Below are positions 17,558-27,480 of a DNA stretch of 36,495 bases, piece after piece (the stretch's first letter is position 1; each line of letters begins with the position of its first letter). The stretch is from Fibrobacterales bacterium (GTDB lineage Bacteria; Fibrobacterota; Fibrobacteria; Fibrobacterales; JAOPTW01), in the NCBI GenBank assembly GCA_051532035.1, contig JAOPTW010000030.1:1-36495 (forward strand), in the 5' to 3' direction. Under the pieces are notes generated by a model. It made no database searches. It worked only from the letters and a program-made list of their open reading frames with translations, and was not told where the DNA came from. Both the position numbers and the translations under genes were made by a program.

Positions 17558-19385
17558 GAGTTCGCTTCCATTCCCTTTTATTGTGAGCATCATCCATAAG
17601 ACTGATCACTGCAGTATTTTTTGAGCTTTCTGAAGTATCAGGAAGCTCTATTGTTATCGTCTCTTCTTCGTTGTCATAATAGTGCGGAGCCCAGGTGCCA
17701 TTAATCGTCGCTACAATTTGATTACCACTCGAAAAACCACTGACATCATCCTCTAGTGAGAGCACAAGTTTTGAGTGGCACTGCTCGTATTTTTTACAGG
17801 GTAGAACGGCATGGCTTTTGATAGCTGGGGGGGTTGTATCGCGTATCATACGAATATCGCGGAGTTCATTGATTTTGGTGCAGAGCTGCGGGCCCTTTCT
17901 GGTGACCCTACTAAAGGTCGACCACTCTCGTTTGGTCTCAGTTAGATATTGTAATATATATGATGAATCAGCATGAGTACCTGTTAAGCATACCCTTAGG
18001 GTTTTCTTAATGGGGAGCCCTTTGGGGTGCATGATGAGCTTATTTGATTGGGCATCAAATTCCATAGTCATCACACCATCAATTTCAGAAGTCATGTTGA
18101 TGGTCCAATTATCGGTTTGGGCTCGATATGGTTTGTCTGCCTTGAATGGAGCAACCATAATGGTGCGTGGTTTACTATCTAAGCTGGAGATTGTAAGGGT
18201 GGTGATCGTTGAATCTTGTGTCAAAAGCAACGGAACAGAGATAAGGCGCTGAGTGAGTATCTTTTGAGCAGCTTTGTTGCCTCTTTGAACAGTAATGTTG
18301 GTGCCCGTGTGTGTCACAAGGTGAGGAAGTCCCATAAAGGTAAAGAGGGTGGAGTCTTGGTTGCCCCATGGAGACTGTACAATGGGGGTACCGGATGCCT
18401 CTTTTGGGAGATCAAAGGTGAGATGAGTTATGGTTTGATTATTCAAAAAATCTTCTGCAATAGCCGTCAGTCTATCCTGGGGTTGAGTGCAGTGGGTAGG
18501 GGGGCGACTGAGGTGGGTTGTATGATGGGTTTGTGCGCCGAGATTGTGCCAATCACCTTGTGGAGAGAGCGAGTCTTCAAGGGACCAGATAAGTTCATGA
18601 CGAATTTCAGACATGCTCCCATAGCGTGCAGAATCATAGGTTTTCTGATAGATGAGTGTATCGTTACAGTGGAGTGAGAGCTTTGCTATGGACATGGGGT
18701 TTTCTTTTGTTCCATCAGCAAAATCGGTAATATACAATAGGAGTTTTGAGATGTTTTGAGGGTCTTTTTGTACCGGAAGGCGAAAGGTTGTACCCTCTTT
18801 TTGAAATCGCTGTACCAAACCATCGGCATAGATGAGAGCTGCTTGGGTGATTTCTGGTGCTATGGTATCAATAACCGTTATAAAAGGCGTGGGTGACACC
18901 GTTTGTGGTGAGCTCGTACGTGTTTCAAAGTGAAGGTGAGGAATGCCGATTCCCGTTGAACCAGAATATGCAAGAAGAGCCCCCTTTTTTAAGTGCAGCG
19001 TCCCTTTTTTGGGCCGCCAATCTATATCATTACTCTCAATGCTTCTCTGGTAGTGGTGCACTTTTTTTTGAATAGCACCTTCAAATGCATCAAGGTGAGC
19101 AAAGACGTAGATGAGTGAGTCACTCTGAAAGTAGAGTGCTTTTCCATAGCCGAATGGTGAAACTTTTACTCGGCTAATGAATCCGTTTTCGGGGGCTCGG
19201 ATCGCAATACCAACGGTGTCATCGGTTGGGAAATCAAATCCAGCATGGTAGCGACTCCCACGGTTTTCTAAGTAACTAGAACTGAGTGGGTAGGGCTTAC
19301 CAAGAGGGGTATAGAGCGAGCTACTCCAGAGCGAAGAGGCGAGGAAGAGCTCTATTAAAAGCAGAAAGAGGAGTGACTGATACAT
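17541..19385 (-). CDS. M23 family peptidase with long C-terminal extension
   Basis: YHAGFD (HxxxD), GYGK, VFAHL, SGSTG...PHLHFE (HxH). Signal peptide from ATG 19385. Confidence 0.85.
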   Translation of the reverse strand: MYQSLLFLLLIELFLASSLWSSSLYTPLGKPYPLSSSYLENRGSRYHAGFDFPTDDTVGIAIRAPENGFISRVKVSPFGYGKALYFQSDSLIYVFAHLDAFEGAIQKKVHHYQRSIESNDIDWRPKKGTLHLKKGALLAYSGSTGIGIPHLHFETRTSSPQTVSPTPFITVIDTIAPEITQAALIYADGLVQRFQKEGTTFRLPVQKDPQNISKLLLYITDFADGTKENPMSIAKLSLHCNDTLIYQKTYDSARYGSMSEIRHELIWSLEDSLSPQGDWHNLGAQTHHTTHLSRPPTHCTQPQDRLTAIAEDFLNNQTITHLTFDLPKEASGTPIVQSPWGNQDSTLFTFMGLPHLVTHTGTNITVQRGNKAAQKILTQRLISVPLLLTQDSTITTLTISSLDSKPRTIMVAPFKADKPYRAQTDNWTINMTSEIDGVMTMEFDAQSNKLIMHPKGLPIKKTLRVCLTGTHADSSYILQYLTETKREWSTFSRVTRKGPQLCTKINELRDIRMIRDTTPPAIKSHAVLPCKKYEQCHSKLVLSLEDDVSGFSSGNQIVATINGTWAPHYYDNEEETITIELPDTSESSKNTAVISLMDDAHNKREWKRTLTLFP

Positions 19386-19507
19386 ACAGTGAGCCGAAGA
19401 GGTATTTCTGAGAAATGTAGTATTAATCCTAGTATCGAAACAAAACATTGTTGTTGCATTTGCTTATTAATACATTTATCAATGAATGATCTTAGCCCCA
19501 TAATTAT

Positions 19508-20185
19508 ATGACGAGTGTACTGTTTTTCCCCTTTAAATTAGAGATGGATACAATGTTTCCAGCTCTAACCCTCTGCAAGAGTATCAACGGCCTTGATAAC
19601 CTTTATACTCTCGAGGTTGAGGGTAGCGACACCCTCTATGTTACTTTTACAGGACAAGGCAAAGCACAGTGCGCCGCACAGACAACACGGGTCATAGCGC
19701 TTACCGGAGCTTCACGAGCGATTCTCATAGGCTCTGCAGGCGCGCTCAGAAGTGGCATCTACGACCAACCGTTATGGCTGATAGACCAGGTGTATGAGTG
19801 GGATTTTAAGCCATCAATTGGAGGGATTGAAGGTGACTCTCCTCGGTTTTCTTACCCAGCCTCTTTGGTGAGAGAAGTTGAACAATCGCTCCTTGATAAT
19901 AATGCCCGCATTTCTATAGGCACGATAGTTTCAGGAGATTGTGACGTATGGAAAAACCAGGATCGAGAGATTCTTGCCGAAAAATATCAAGCAGAACTTG
20001 TCGCGTGGGAGAGTGCAGGTTTTATAAGAGCTCTGGCCGTTTCGGGGATTAGTGGTGTTGAGATGAGAATTCCTACGGATTTTTCGGAGGTCAGAAACCA
20101 CAAAGACTTTAAGGTACTCTTACAGAAGCGTTTTAAAGAGATAGCACCATTGATACATTCGCTCTTTAAGGTAACCGCCAAATAG
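19508..20185 (+). CDS. MTA/SAH nucleosidase-like protein (PNP/UDP phosphorylase superfamily)
   Basis: GQGKAQCA, IGSAGAL, GTIVSGD, AWESAG (for EMExA), RIPTD. Confidence 0.75.
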   Translation: MTSVLFFPFKLEMDTMFPALTLCKSINGLDNLYTLEVEGSDTLYVTFTGQGKAQCAAQTTRVIALTGASRAILIGSAGALRSGIYDQPLWLIDQVYEWDFKPSIGGIEGDSPRFSYPASLVREVEQSLLDNNARISIGTIVSGDCDVWKNQDREILAEKYQAELVAWESAGFIRALAVSGISGVEMRIPTDFSEVRNHKDFKVLLQKRFKEIAPLIHSLFKVTAK

Positions 20186-20348
20186 CTGTTTTTACCTTTT
20201 ATGGACTCTGAAAGGAGCAGAAGTTACTCAGAGACTTAAGAGAGTGCCTATAAGAAGGTAATTTTTAAAATTACACAAAAAAATAGACTTACATTTTGAT
20301 ATATTTAAGATATATTCTATACAATCCACCTTTAATATACAGGGTACC

Positions 20349-20645
20349 ATGATCCATACTACCACAATGATATCTAAGTTTGTAACAATAGCAGTTGTGT
20401 CTGCGTCATTTTTTATGATCTCATGTTCATCAGATCTCGATAACGCAAAAAATTCCGCTATCAAAACTCTTGAATGCCTCGAGGTTGTTTTAAGCGATAA
20501 CGCTCCAAAAGATGAGAAAGATGCCTGTATAAAACACAATGAAAAACAGAAAGCATTAGAAGACAAACTCACTCCTGATGATAAGGAAGAGATCGCACGC
20601 TTCTATGTAGAAAAATTCAAAGAAATGCAAGAAGAACGAAAATAA
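20349..20645 (+). CDS. Small hypothetical lipoprotein
   Basis: Hydrophobic leader ending MIS-C, charged helical body with two further Cys. Confidence 0.7.
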   Translation: MIHTTTMISKFVTIAVVSASFFMISCSSDLDNAKNSAIKTLECLEVVLSDNAPKDEKDACIKHNEKQKALEDKLTPDDKEEIARFYVEKFKEMQEERK

Positions 20646-20699
20646 ATGTGCAATGATTGCTCTTCTCTAGTGTAGTTAGATCTATCCTAGAGGCTCTAC

Positions 20700-20754
20700 T
20701 TTAGAAACAAAAAAAACATGATTCCATTGGAGTCATGTTTTTTTTGTTTCTAAA
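20700..20754. terminator. Bidirectional terminator, long inverted repeat
   Basis: tttagaaac-A8-catgattcc / ggagtcatg-T8-gtttctaaa, between converging genes. Confidence 0.85.
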
Positions 20755-20777
20755 CTATTAATGTTCAATCAAGTTTT

Positions 20778-21365
20778 TTAAAGTGTTCCCTTGCTCGAAG
20801 GTACGATATCTTTATTGCGGCCTGGTCCAATAGCCATTGCTACTGCACGAGCAAATGATTTAAAGATTGCTTCGAGGCAATGATGAGTATTTTCACCACG
20901 AATAAGATCGATATGAATATTCATTTTAGCATTTTCGGCTACGGTAGAGAAAAAATGTTTAAAGAGCTCAGTATCAATGTTTCCAATATCAGCGCGACTG
21001 AGGGAGACATTGTAGCTAAATCCAATTCTGCCTGCAAAATCGACTACTGAACGCGCTAACGCTTCATCCATAGGGACGTAGTAAAAGCCATACCGTTCAA
21101 TACCTTTTTTGTCTCCAACACATTCATTAAGGGCATTGCCAAAACAGATTGCAATATCTTCTGCGGAATGGTGCATATCAATGTGAGTATCACCATCACA
21201 GTGCAGCTCTAAGGCGATTCCAGAGTGCACCTGAAAGATATCGAGCATGTGGTCCAGGAACCCTGAACCCGTTGAAATTGAGCCACGAGTATATTCATCA
21301 AAATTCATAGAGAGACGGATATCCGTTTCGCTTGTTTTACGGGTAAGTTCTGTTTTGCGTGTCAT
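20778..21365 (-). CDS. hisB: Imidazoleglycerol-phosphate dehydratase
   Basis: RKTSETDI, GFLDHML, DMHHSAED, VPMDEAL, NTHHCLEAIFK, PSSKG. Confidence 0.97.
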   Translation of the reverse strand: MTRKTELTRKTSETDIRLSMNFDEYTRGSISTGSGFLDHMLDIFQVHSGIALELHCDGDTHIDMHHSAEDIAICFGNALNECVGDKKGIERYGFYYVPMDEALARSVVDFAGRIGFSYNVSLSRADIGNIDTELFKHFFSTVAENAKMNIHIDLIRGENTHHCLEAIFKSFARAVAMAIGPGRNKDIVPSSKGTL

Positions 21366-21381
21366 AATTGGGTGGTACCTG

Positions 21382-21588
21382 TTAGGCTTTTGTTATAGGA
21401 GAGTCAGAGCCTTGCTCTTCACTCTCATCAATAAATTTTTCACTGGTTTCTGGGTTGAATTTGTAACGGTGAGTCAGATTATCTACAAGATAATCAACTT
21501 TCTTTTCAAAGTCATTTATCGTTATCATGGTAAACCCAAGTAAAACAACAATAAAAAGTAATAGACCAAAAAAGAGAAGAAGTCCCAT
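21382..21588 (-). CDS. Small single-pass membrane protein
   Basis: Fills the gap between rodZ (1 bp) and hisB (16 bp). N-terminal TM helix. GGAG RBS inside the end of rodZ. Confidence 0.7.
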   Translation of the reverse strand: MGLLLFFGLLLFIVVLLGFTMITINDFEKKVDYLVDNLTHRYKFNPETSEKFIDESEEQGSDSPITKA

Positions 21589-21589
21589 A

Positions 21590-22576
21590 TTACTCTACTA
21601 CCGCTCCATTATAGATTTTAATCTGTCTATGGCCATTGAGTGGCTGAAACATTTTTCGATTAATAGGAACTGCTTTGCCATTGAGCTTCATAATAAGATA
21701 TTTAATTTCACCAATTTCAATAAATGAGGTGTCTACACGGGTTACATTTCTTGTAGAGTTAGGGCGAATTGTTTTTGCCCAGGTTTTTCCTTGTGGAGTT
21801 CTCACAGCAGCCCAAGAGCTATCTTTGGTAACACTGAATGAGATTCGAGTATAGACCGGCTTGGTAGGTTTTGCTGTAACAGGTTCTTGTGCCGCTTCAA
21901 TAACCTTCTCAGGGACGGTTACAGGAGCCCGTGCAGTGCTCTCGTTATCTTTCCGGGTAGTTTGAGTTGCGCTAGGAGCTGTTGTAGGTTCGGTGATGGT
22001 TGATTGAGTAGAATCGGCAGTAAGAGAATCTGTGGCATTCGAGCTTGCATTAGAATCAAGAGCTGAAGTTGTTGATTCTTGGGCGATAAAAGGAAGTAAC
22101 GCGGGGTCACCATTCACCCGAGATTCTTTAGTAAAATTATAGATAACAATCCCTAAAGTCATAATGATAATGACAATAACGAGAATCTGTTTACCCGATC
22201 CATTTGATCCATCAGGTGAACTATGTACTTCAACCCGAGAGTTTTCAGTTGCTTTAATAGAGGCAGGTGTAATCGCCTGTTTTATCGGTGCTCCAATAAG
22301 CTGAGCATACCGATTGAGTATGCTGTCGGTATCAATGTTATATTTTTTTGCAAGAGTTTTAAGATAGGCTCGAGTATATGCTTCACCAGGAAGCTCATCA
22401 AATCGATCGCCCTCAATAGAATTGAGGTAATCCATATTAATTTTGCTCTCTCTGCTCAATTCAGCAAGTTCGATTTTTAAGCCCGTCCGTTTCTTTCTCA
22501 GAAACTGTCCTAACTTTTCATTCGAATCATTTTTTGAATTGGTTTCTAACTCAGTAGTATCAATTTTATCATCCAT
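21590..22576 (-). CDS. rodZ: RodZ-like HTH membrane protein
   Basis: LGQFLRKKR...IEGDRFDELPGEAYTRAYLKTLA HTH, one TM helix, Thr/Pro linker, C-terminal SW..V domain. Confidence 0.85.
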   Translation of the reverse strand: MDDKIDTTELETNSKNDSNEKLGQFLRKKRTGLKIELAELSRESKINMDYLNSIEGDRFDELPGEAYTRAYLKTLAKKYNIDTDSILNRYAQLIGAPIKQAITPASIKATENSRVEVHSSPDGSNGSGKQILVIVIIIMTLGIVIYNFTKESRVNGDPALLPFIAQESTTSALDSNASSNATDSLTADSTQSTITEPTTAPSATQTTRKDNESTARAPVTVPEKVIEAAQEPVTAKPTKPVYTRISFSVTKDSSWAAVRTPQGKTWAKTIRPNSTRNVTRVDTSFIEIGEIKYLIMKLNGKAVPINRKMFQPLNGHRQIKIYNGAVVE

Positions 22577-23153
22577 GCATCAACTCCGAAAATTTACTAT
22601 GTAGCGAAAGGGTTTTATATATGGGCAAGCCCACTACATTATAATAGCACCCTTCGACTTTTTTGACAAACGCTGCACCTTTGCCTTGAATAGCATAAGA
22701 ACCAGCCTTGTCGTTCGGCTCTTTGGTTATAATATAGTTATCAATTTCTTCACTCATAAGCTTTTTAAAGAAAACTCGGGTTATTTCCCGATCTTTCTCT
22801 AGTATTGTACCATTTTTTGCAACGGCAATACCAGTAATAACTTCGTGCTCTCTATCTGAAAGGGAAGAGAGCATTGCGTGAGCGTCATCTTTATTTGCTG
22901 GTTTACTCATAGGGTTTTCATCAAGAAAGACCAGTGTATCAAAAGCAAATACCAATCGATCCGGTTCTTTCTCACTCACCGAGAGAGCTTTACGCGCAGC
23001 TAAAAGGGCTGGAATGTCTGCGTACGGGACATTGGGAGGGATTGTCTCATCACTATGTGAGGGGATCGAATCAAAAGGGATACCTACCTGAGTAAGGATC
23101 TCTTTGCGGCGGGGGGATTGTGAGGCGAGTATTATCAATTTATTGCGTTCCAT
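22569..23153 (-). CDS. maf: Maf-family nucleoside triphosphate pyrophosphatase
   Basis: ILASQSPRRKEIL, KP, DKAGSYAIQG, NVVGLP. Confidence 0.95.
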   Translation of the reverse strand: MERNKLIILASQSPRRKEILTQVGIPFDSIPSHSDETIPPNVPYADIPALLAARKALSVSEKEPDRLVFAFDTLVFLDENPMSKPANKDDAHAMLSSLSDREHEVITGIAVAKNGTILEKDREITRVFFKKLMSEEIDNYIITKEPNDKAGSYAIQGKGAAFVKKVEGCYYNVVGLPIYKTLSLHSKFSELMHG

Positions 23154-25711
23154 ACATCGGGTGAGCGGACATCTTTATTTGAGGCTTCATATTTTAGGTC
23201 GGGCATATCTTTCAGCCATATTTTGAGAGACCATCCCTCTGACGGGCCCACTGGAGTCCAGGTAAAATCGAGTTGCCACCGGTGCAGGTTCCGTGATAAT
23301 CTAAATTGATGGCGAGAGAACTCTGCATTTTTAAAATCGTAGTTAGTGGTGTAATTGACGTTCCAGTCTTTCGTTGGTCTAATATTGAGTGAAAAGCCTG
23401 AGAGACTGTGATTGATATCTTCTTTCCAGGGAGAGCTTAAGCTGGAGCGCGTTCTTTTATAGCCGTAGGAGTAACTGAATCGTGCATCCCAAGGGGCAGC
23501 AGTATAGACATATTTTTTAGAGGTAAACCCATCGTTAAAATTACCACTCCAGCTAAACGATTTATTGAGACTAAAAGACATAGAGGTGAGGTAGGGGAGT
23601 ATTGCTTTATTTGGGGTAGCAGAGGAAGAGTCATAGACAGAGTGCCTTAAGCTGACTCTAAAGACCTTACTTTCGGTGATCTGAAGCCCAACACTACTAC
23701 TAATAGCGCTCCAGTGGAGTGAATCTGCAGCAAAGTTATAGGAGGTGTTAGCAGAAGTCGTTACTATCTTACGTTCTTTTTCTTCATAATTTGATTGTGG
23801 TTCATCGGTTTCATCAGCGACACTACTCTGTTGAAATTGACTCTCTTTAATGCGGAGATATTTCATATCAAAGTCATTTTTAAGGCCAAGGTTAATGCTA
23901 TAGCGTCTGTTTTGAAACAGAGGGCCACGAGCAGCTTTGTTTGAAACAAAGGTGTAGTTGGTGTCGAGTTTTGGATGAAATGATACGCCGATAGAGGGAT
24001 CAAGAATGTGACGCACCCCTACAAACCGGCCAATTTCAGGCTTCCAGATTCCGTAGAGTTTGGTACTTGCAGTAAGGCTGACATTGTATTTAGAGTAGTA
24101 GTCACCAAATTCACCCTTAGAGAGGTCCTTGTTAAAGCTCTTGCTGCGATCAAGTGAGTCATGGGGATTGTCATAGCTATAGGCAGACCAGTAACCATCA
24201 TATTTAAATGCTGGGGTGATGGTGATAACATCAAAGAGTTTGCCGGAGTAATTAAGAGTAAATGAGTGGGTGTACCCCAGGCCTATGGTGTCAGTTTCTA
24301 TTTTTGTTTTTGTTGTATCTACAGCAGATGGGTCGAACAAATCAAGAGTATCAGGGTTCCACTCTTCTTCAAGCTTTTGGTCGTAGATGGCGTTAATTGA
24401 GTAGGAGTATCTCAACTTCTCATACCATTTTTCTTCGTAGAGTGTATCGAGAAGATCATCCTCATCGGCCTCATAGAAGTTGCCACTTATAGAATACTTA
24501 ATACCAGGTAGGTTTCGTGTCGTAGTGTTAAGTCTATCTTCGTCGTAAAGGGTTTTATTTTGCCGAGCCTCAACGGTTAGTGTAGAATTGTTTTTAAACA
24601 CTTTTCGAAAGGCCATGTTGGCGTTCGCTTGTTGGTCGAGTTTGGTTTCATGATCCAGAGCATTGTCTCGGCGGAGTGATGTTTTTGAAATGAAACTTCC
24701 ACTACCGCTCAATGTCATTTTTTTATCAGGAGTGATGTTCTGTTTATGATTAAATTTGAGATCCCATCCTTCGAGTTCATACGGGTAAGTGCTTCCCGCA
24801 GAGGTTTTGAAATCCCATTTAATATCGATACCTCCACTCAAATGGTAGAGGAGCATATAGTTATAGGCCATGCTGATATCATTTTCAGGGAATGTCCCTT
24901 CCGGACCTTCAACAATATCAGTTTTTATCGTTAGGTCCATATATTCATTAATAGCCCAGTAGAATCCAAGGCCTCGTAAAAACATTCCTTGAGCTTGATC
25001 ACCACCTGGAGTAGGGATAAGTAAGCCACTACTGGCCTCTTTTGAGAGTGGGCTCACCATGAGGGGGAGTACCGCAATGGGAACATCTTGAATATTCATT
25101 ACCACAGGTGCAGCCACAATTTTCTCGTTCTGTTTGGTAGAGAATCTACGAGTATAAAAGTAGTAGTGTTGATGGTGGATGTCGGTACAGGTTGAGAAGT
25201 CACCGCGAGAGACTTGGAGCCTTCCATCGGGGAGGCGACGAATACTCATCCCATTAACAAATTGCTCATCTCTAAAGGTGGTACCGTAATAGATTTGGCC
25301 CACACGTTTTTTGATGTTATACCGCATACGATAGCCATGGAGCTTGTCAGTGGGGCCATCAGTAATCTCTGGGTCGCCATAGGCATTGAGGAGCATGGTT
25401 TTATTGTTAAAAAATATGGTGTCTGCAGTGAGTTTGGCGCCACGATAGGTGAGGAGGGCTTTATCAACGAGACTGAATGTTTTTTCTTGGTGATTGTAGC
25501 TGAGGCTCACCGCTTGATAATCAAGGGTATCTGCAGAAAGAGTATCCTGCAGGCCCTCAGTTTTTGTCGTATCTTGACGTAACTTTTCAGCGTACTCAAG
25601 AGAGTCTTTTAAGAGTTGGTCTTTGGGCGCTTCAACTTCTTGAAGTTCGAAGCCAAACAGTGTTGATACTGAAAGAACAGCAATGAGTAAACTCAGCGCA
25701 AAAGACCGCAT
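23135..25711 (-). CDS. lptD: Putative LPS-assembly protein LptD
   Basis: Signal peptide, OstA-like N-terminus with FSTC..HYYF, SGLLIP, GFYWAINEYMD, beta-barrel C-terminus (RNLHRW, DLKY). Confidence 0.85.
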   Translation of the reverse strand: MRSFALSLLIAVLSVSTLFGFELQEVEAPKDQLLKDSLEYAEKLRQDTTKTEGLQDTLSADTLDYQAVSLSYNHQEKTFSLVDKALLTYRGAKLTADTIFFNNKTMLLNAYGDPEITDGPTDKLHGYRMRYNIKKRVGQIYYGTTFRDEQFVNGMSIRRLPDGRLQVSRGDFSTCTDIHHQHYYFYTRRFSTKQNEKIVAAPVVMNIQDVPIAVLPLMVSPLSKEASSGLLIPTPGGDQAQGMFLRGLGFYWAINEYMDLTIKTDIVEGPEGTFPENDISMAYNYMLLYHLSGGIDIKWDFKTSAGSTYPYELEGWDLKFNHKQNITPDKKMTLSGSGSFISKTSLRRDNALDHETKLDQQANANMAFRKVFKNNSTLTVEARQNKTLYDEDRLNTTTRNLPGIKYSISGNFYEADEDDLLDTLYEEKWYEKLRYSYSINAIYDQKLEEEWNPDTLDLFDPSAVDTTKTKIETDTIGLGYTHSFTLNYSGKLFDVITITPAFKYDGYWSAYSYDNPHDSLDRSKSFNKDLSKGEFGDYYSKYNVSLTASTKLYGIWKPEIGRFVGVRHILDPSIGVSFHPKLDTNYTFVSNKAARGPLFQNRRYSINLGLKNDFDMKYLRIKESQFQQSSVADETDEPQSNYEEKERKIVTTSANTSYNFAADSLHWSAISSSVGLQITESKVFRVSLRHSVYDSSSATPNKAILPYLTSMSFSLNKSFSWSGNFNDGFTSKKYVYTAAPWDARFSYSYGYKRTRSSLSSPWKEDINHSLSGFSLNIRPTKDWNVNYTTNYDFKNAEFSRHQFRLSRNLHRWQLDFTWTPVGPSEGWSLKIWLKDMPDLKYEASNKDVRSPDVWNAIN

Positions 25712-25729
25712 ATGTGGAACTACTTCTAC

Positions 25730-26080
25730 TTACAGGTCAGTGGCAGGCTCATCTGACTGCGTACCAGAATTGTCGAGCTCAGAAACAGTTTCAGCAAAAA
25801 TATCAGTATCAGTTTCAGCAGGCATCTCTTCTTCTGGTGAGAAAAATTGAACCTCTTCAACTACTTCTTCTGGTGCAATTTCATCAACGATTAATTTGTT
25901 TTCGTTGAATTTATGCATTGCAATAGTTGTTGGTTTCATTGTAAGTTCAATGTTGCCAACTTTTGATTGTTCGTTTATGTAACGTGCCTCTTGAGACATC
26001 ATTACTACAGCTTTAAAAACTGAACCATCACATGTTTCATTAGTATAAATATCGTTCAGTGAAACTGATTTGTTTGCCAT
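25730..26080 (-). CDS. rpoZ: RNA polymerase omega subunit with acidic tail
   Basis: SVFKAVVMMSQEARYIN...KPTTIAMHKF..NKL resembles FCB-group omega. AGGAG RBS. Confidence 0.7.
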   Translation of the reverse strand: MANKSVSLNDIYTNETCDGSVFKAVVMMSQEARYINEQSKVGNIELTMKPTTIAMHKFNENKLIVDEIAPEEVVEEVQFFSPEEEMPAETDTDIFAETVSELDNSGTQSDEPATDL

Positions 26081-26115
26081 TTATAGCTCCTATAGCTTTA
26101 TCGCCTGTATAAATA

Positions 26116-26198
26116 CAGAGGGGATGGGATTCGAACCCACGAAACTTGCGTTCACACGCTTTCCAAGCGTGCGCCTTCAACCACTCGGCCACCCCTCT
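26116..26198 (-). tRNA. tRNA-Ser(GGA)
   Basis: Minus strand reads AGAGGGG-TGGCCGAGTGGTTGAAGGC-GCACGC-TT-GGA-AA-GCGTG-variable arm-GTGGGTTCGAATCCCAT-CCCCTCT-G. Discriminator G73, CCA not encoded. Confidence 0.97.
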
Positions 26199-26421
26199 AT
26201 TTTGCAAACAAATGTACTAAATTCACCTAAAAAAACAATATTTTTGTTTTATAGGCCTATTTGATTACAGTAATGACGTGAAAAATTATCAAATAAATTG
26301 GATAATAGATACGAACGTATGTTTTGCTGAGTTCTATAATTTTGAAACAAAATGGGTAAGAGTCCTAACTTTTAACTGTTCACTTTTTATATTTCTCAAA
26401 AGAGTAAAGGATTTAAAATAG

Positions 26422-27477
26422 ATGAATATTCGCGAATTACTAGAACATTTGGCCAAAGAAGAGGGGTCGGACCTCCATTTGACGGTGGGAACTCCGCCAA
26501 TGATTCGAAAAGCGGGTCGACTCGAACCAGTAGGCGACGAAAAGCTGGGTGCTGAACAGGTCACAAAATTAATATTCAGCGTGATGACTGAACTCCAAAG
26601 AAAAGGTTTTGAGGAGAAAAACGAAGCTGATTTTTCATTTGGCGTCAAAGATTTGGCTCGGTTTAGAGCCAATATATATATGCAACGAGGGTGTGCTGCC
26701 GCTGCTATTCGAATTATACCCTACGAAGTGGTCCCCTTTGACGAATTGGGGCTTCCAGACTCTATTTTAGAGATGGCCACTAGGCCGAGCGGGCTTATTT
26801 TGGTTGTAGGTGCGACCGGTTCTGGTAAATCGACCACCCTTTCCTCAATGATTGATCACATAAATGAGACCACCCATGGTCATATTCTGACTATTGAAGA
26901 TCCCATAGAATTTGTGCATAAACATAAAAATTGTATTGTGAATCAACGTGAGGTTAATGCTGATACTGAATCCTTTTCTGGTGCATTAAAGTATGCCTTG
27001 AGGCAAGACCCTGACGTGGTACTCATTGGAGAAATGCGTGATATTGACACCATGCGTTCTGCTCTCACCATAGCAGAGACTGGGCATTTGACCTTTGCAA
27101 CCCTGCACACGAACTCTGCAGCGCAAACCATTAGTCGGATCGTGAATTCATTCTCGAGTGAAGAACAGCAGACGGTTCGTACGCAACTCTCATTTGTATT
27201 GCAAGGGGTGATTTGTCAACAGCTCGTACCTACTGCCGATGGGGGGCGTGCGTTGGCCTACGAAATTTTAACGGCTACTCATGCAGTGAGTGCCCTCATA
27301 CGAGATGATAAAGTGCATCAAATAGAGAGTACTATGGAGACCAGTCAAAAATTCGGTATGAATACCATGAATATGCGTCTTGCTGAAATGGTGAAAACGG
27401 GTGTTATCAGTGAAGATGTCGCCTTTAATAAATCGAATAATCCTGATCAACTTCAACAACTATTACATAGGTTTTAA
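26422..27477 (+). CDS. pilT: Type IV pilus retraction ATPase
   Basis: SDLHL, GATGSGKSTT, TIEDPIE, LRQDPDVVLIGEMRD, AETGHL..TLHTNS. Confidence 0.95.
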   Translation: MNIRELLEHLAKEEGSDLHLTVGTPPMIRKAGRLEPVGDEKLGAEQVTKLIFSVMTELQRKGFEEKNEADFSFGVKDLARFRANIYMQRGCAAAAIRIIPYEVVPFDELGLPDSILEMATRPSGLILVVGATGSGKSTTLSSMIDHINETTHGHILTIEDPIEFVHKHKNCIVNQREVNADTESFSGALKYALRQDPDVVLIGEMRDIDTMRSALTIAETGHLTFATLHTNSAAQTISRIVNSFSSEEQQTVRTQLSFVLQGVICQQLVPTADGGRALAYEILTATHAVSALIRDDKVHQIESTMETSQKFGMNTMNMRLAEMVKTGVISEDVAFNKSNNPDQLQQLLHRF

Positions 27478-27480
27478 CAT

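Noticed and set aside
20201..20250. Glycine-riboswitch-like words (actctg, aaggagca, ctcag, agagt)
   Set aside because: It lacks the GGAGA and CCGAAG core and the P2 stem, is too short, and no glycine-related gene follows. An Rfam scan would settle it.
26116..26198. tRNA as an integration site (att duplication)
   Set aside because: I saw no duplicate of its 3' end and no integrase in the window, and the flanks are housekeeping genes.
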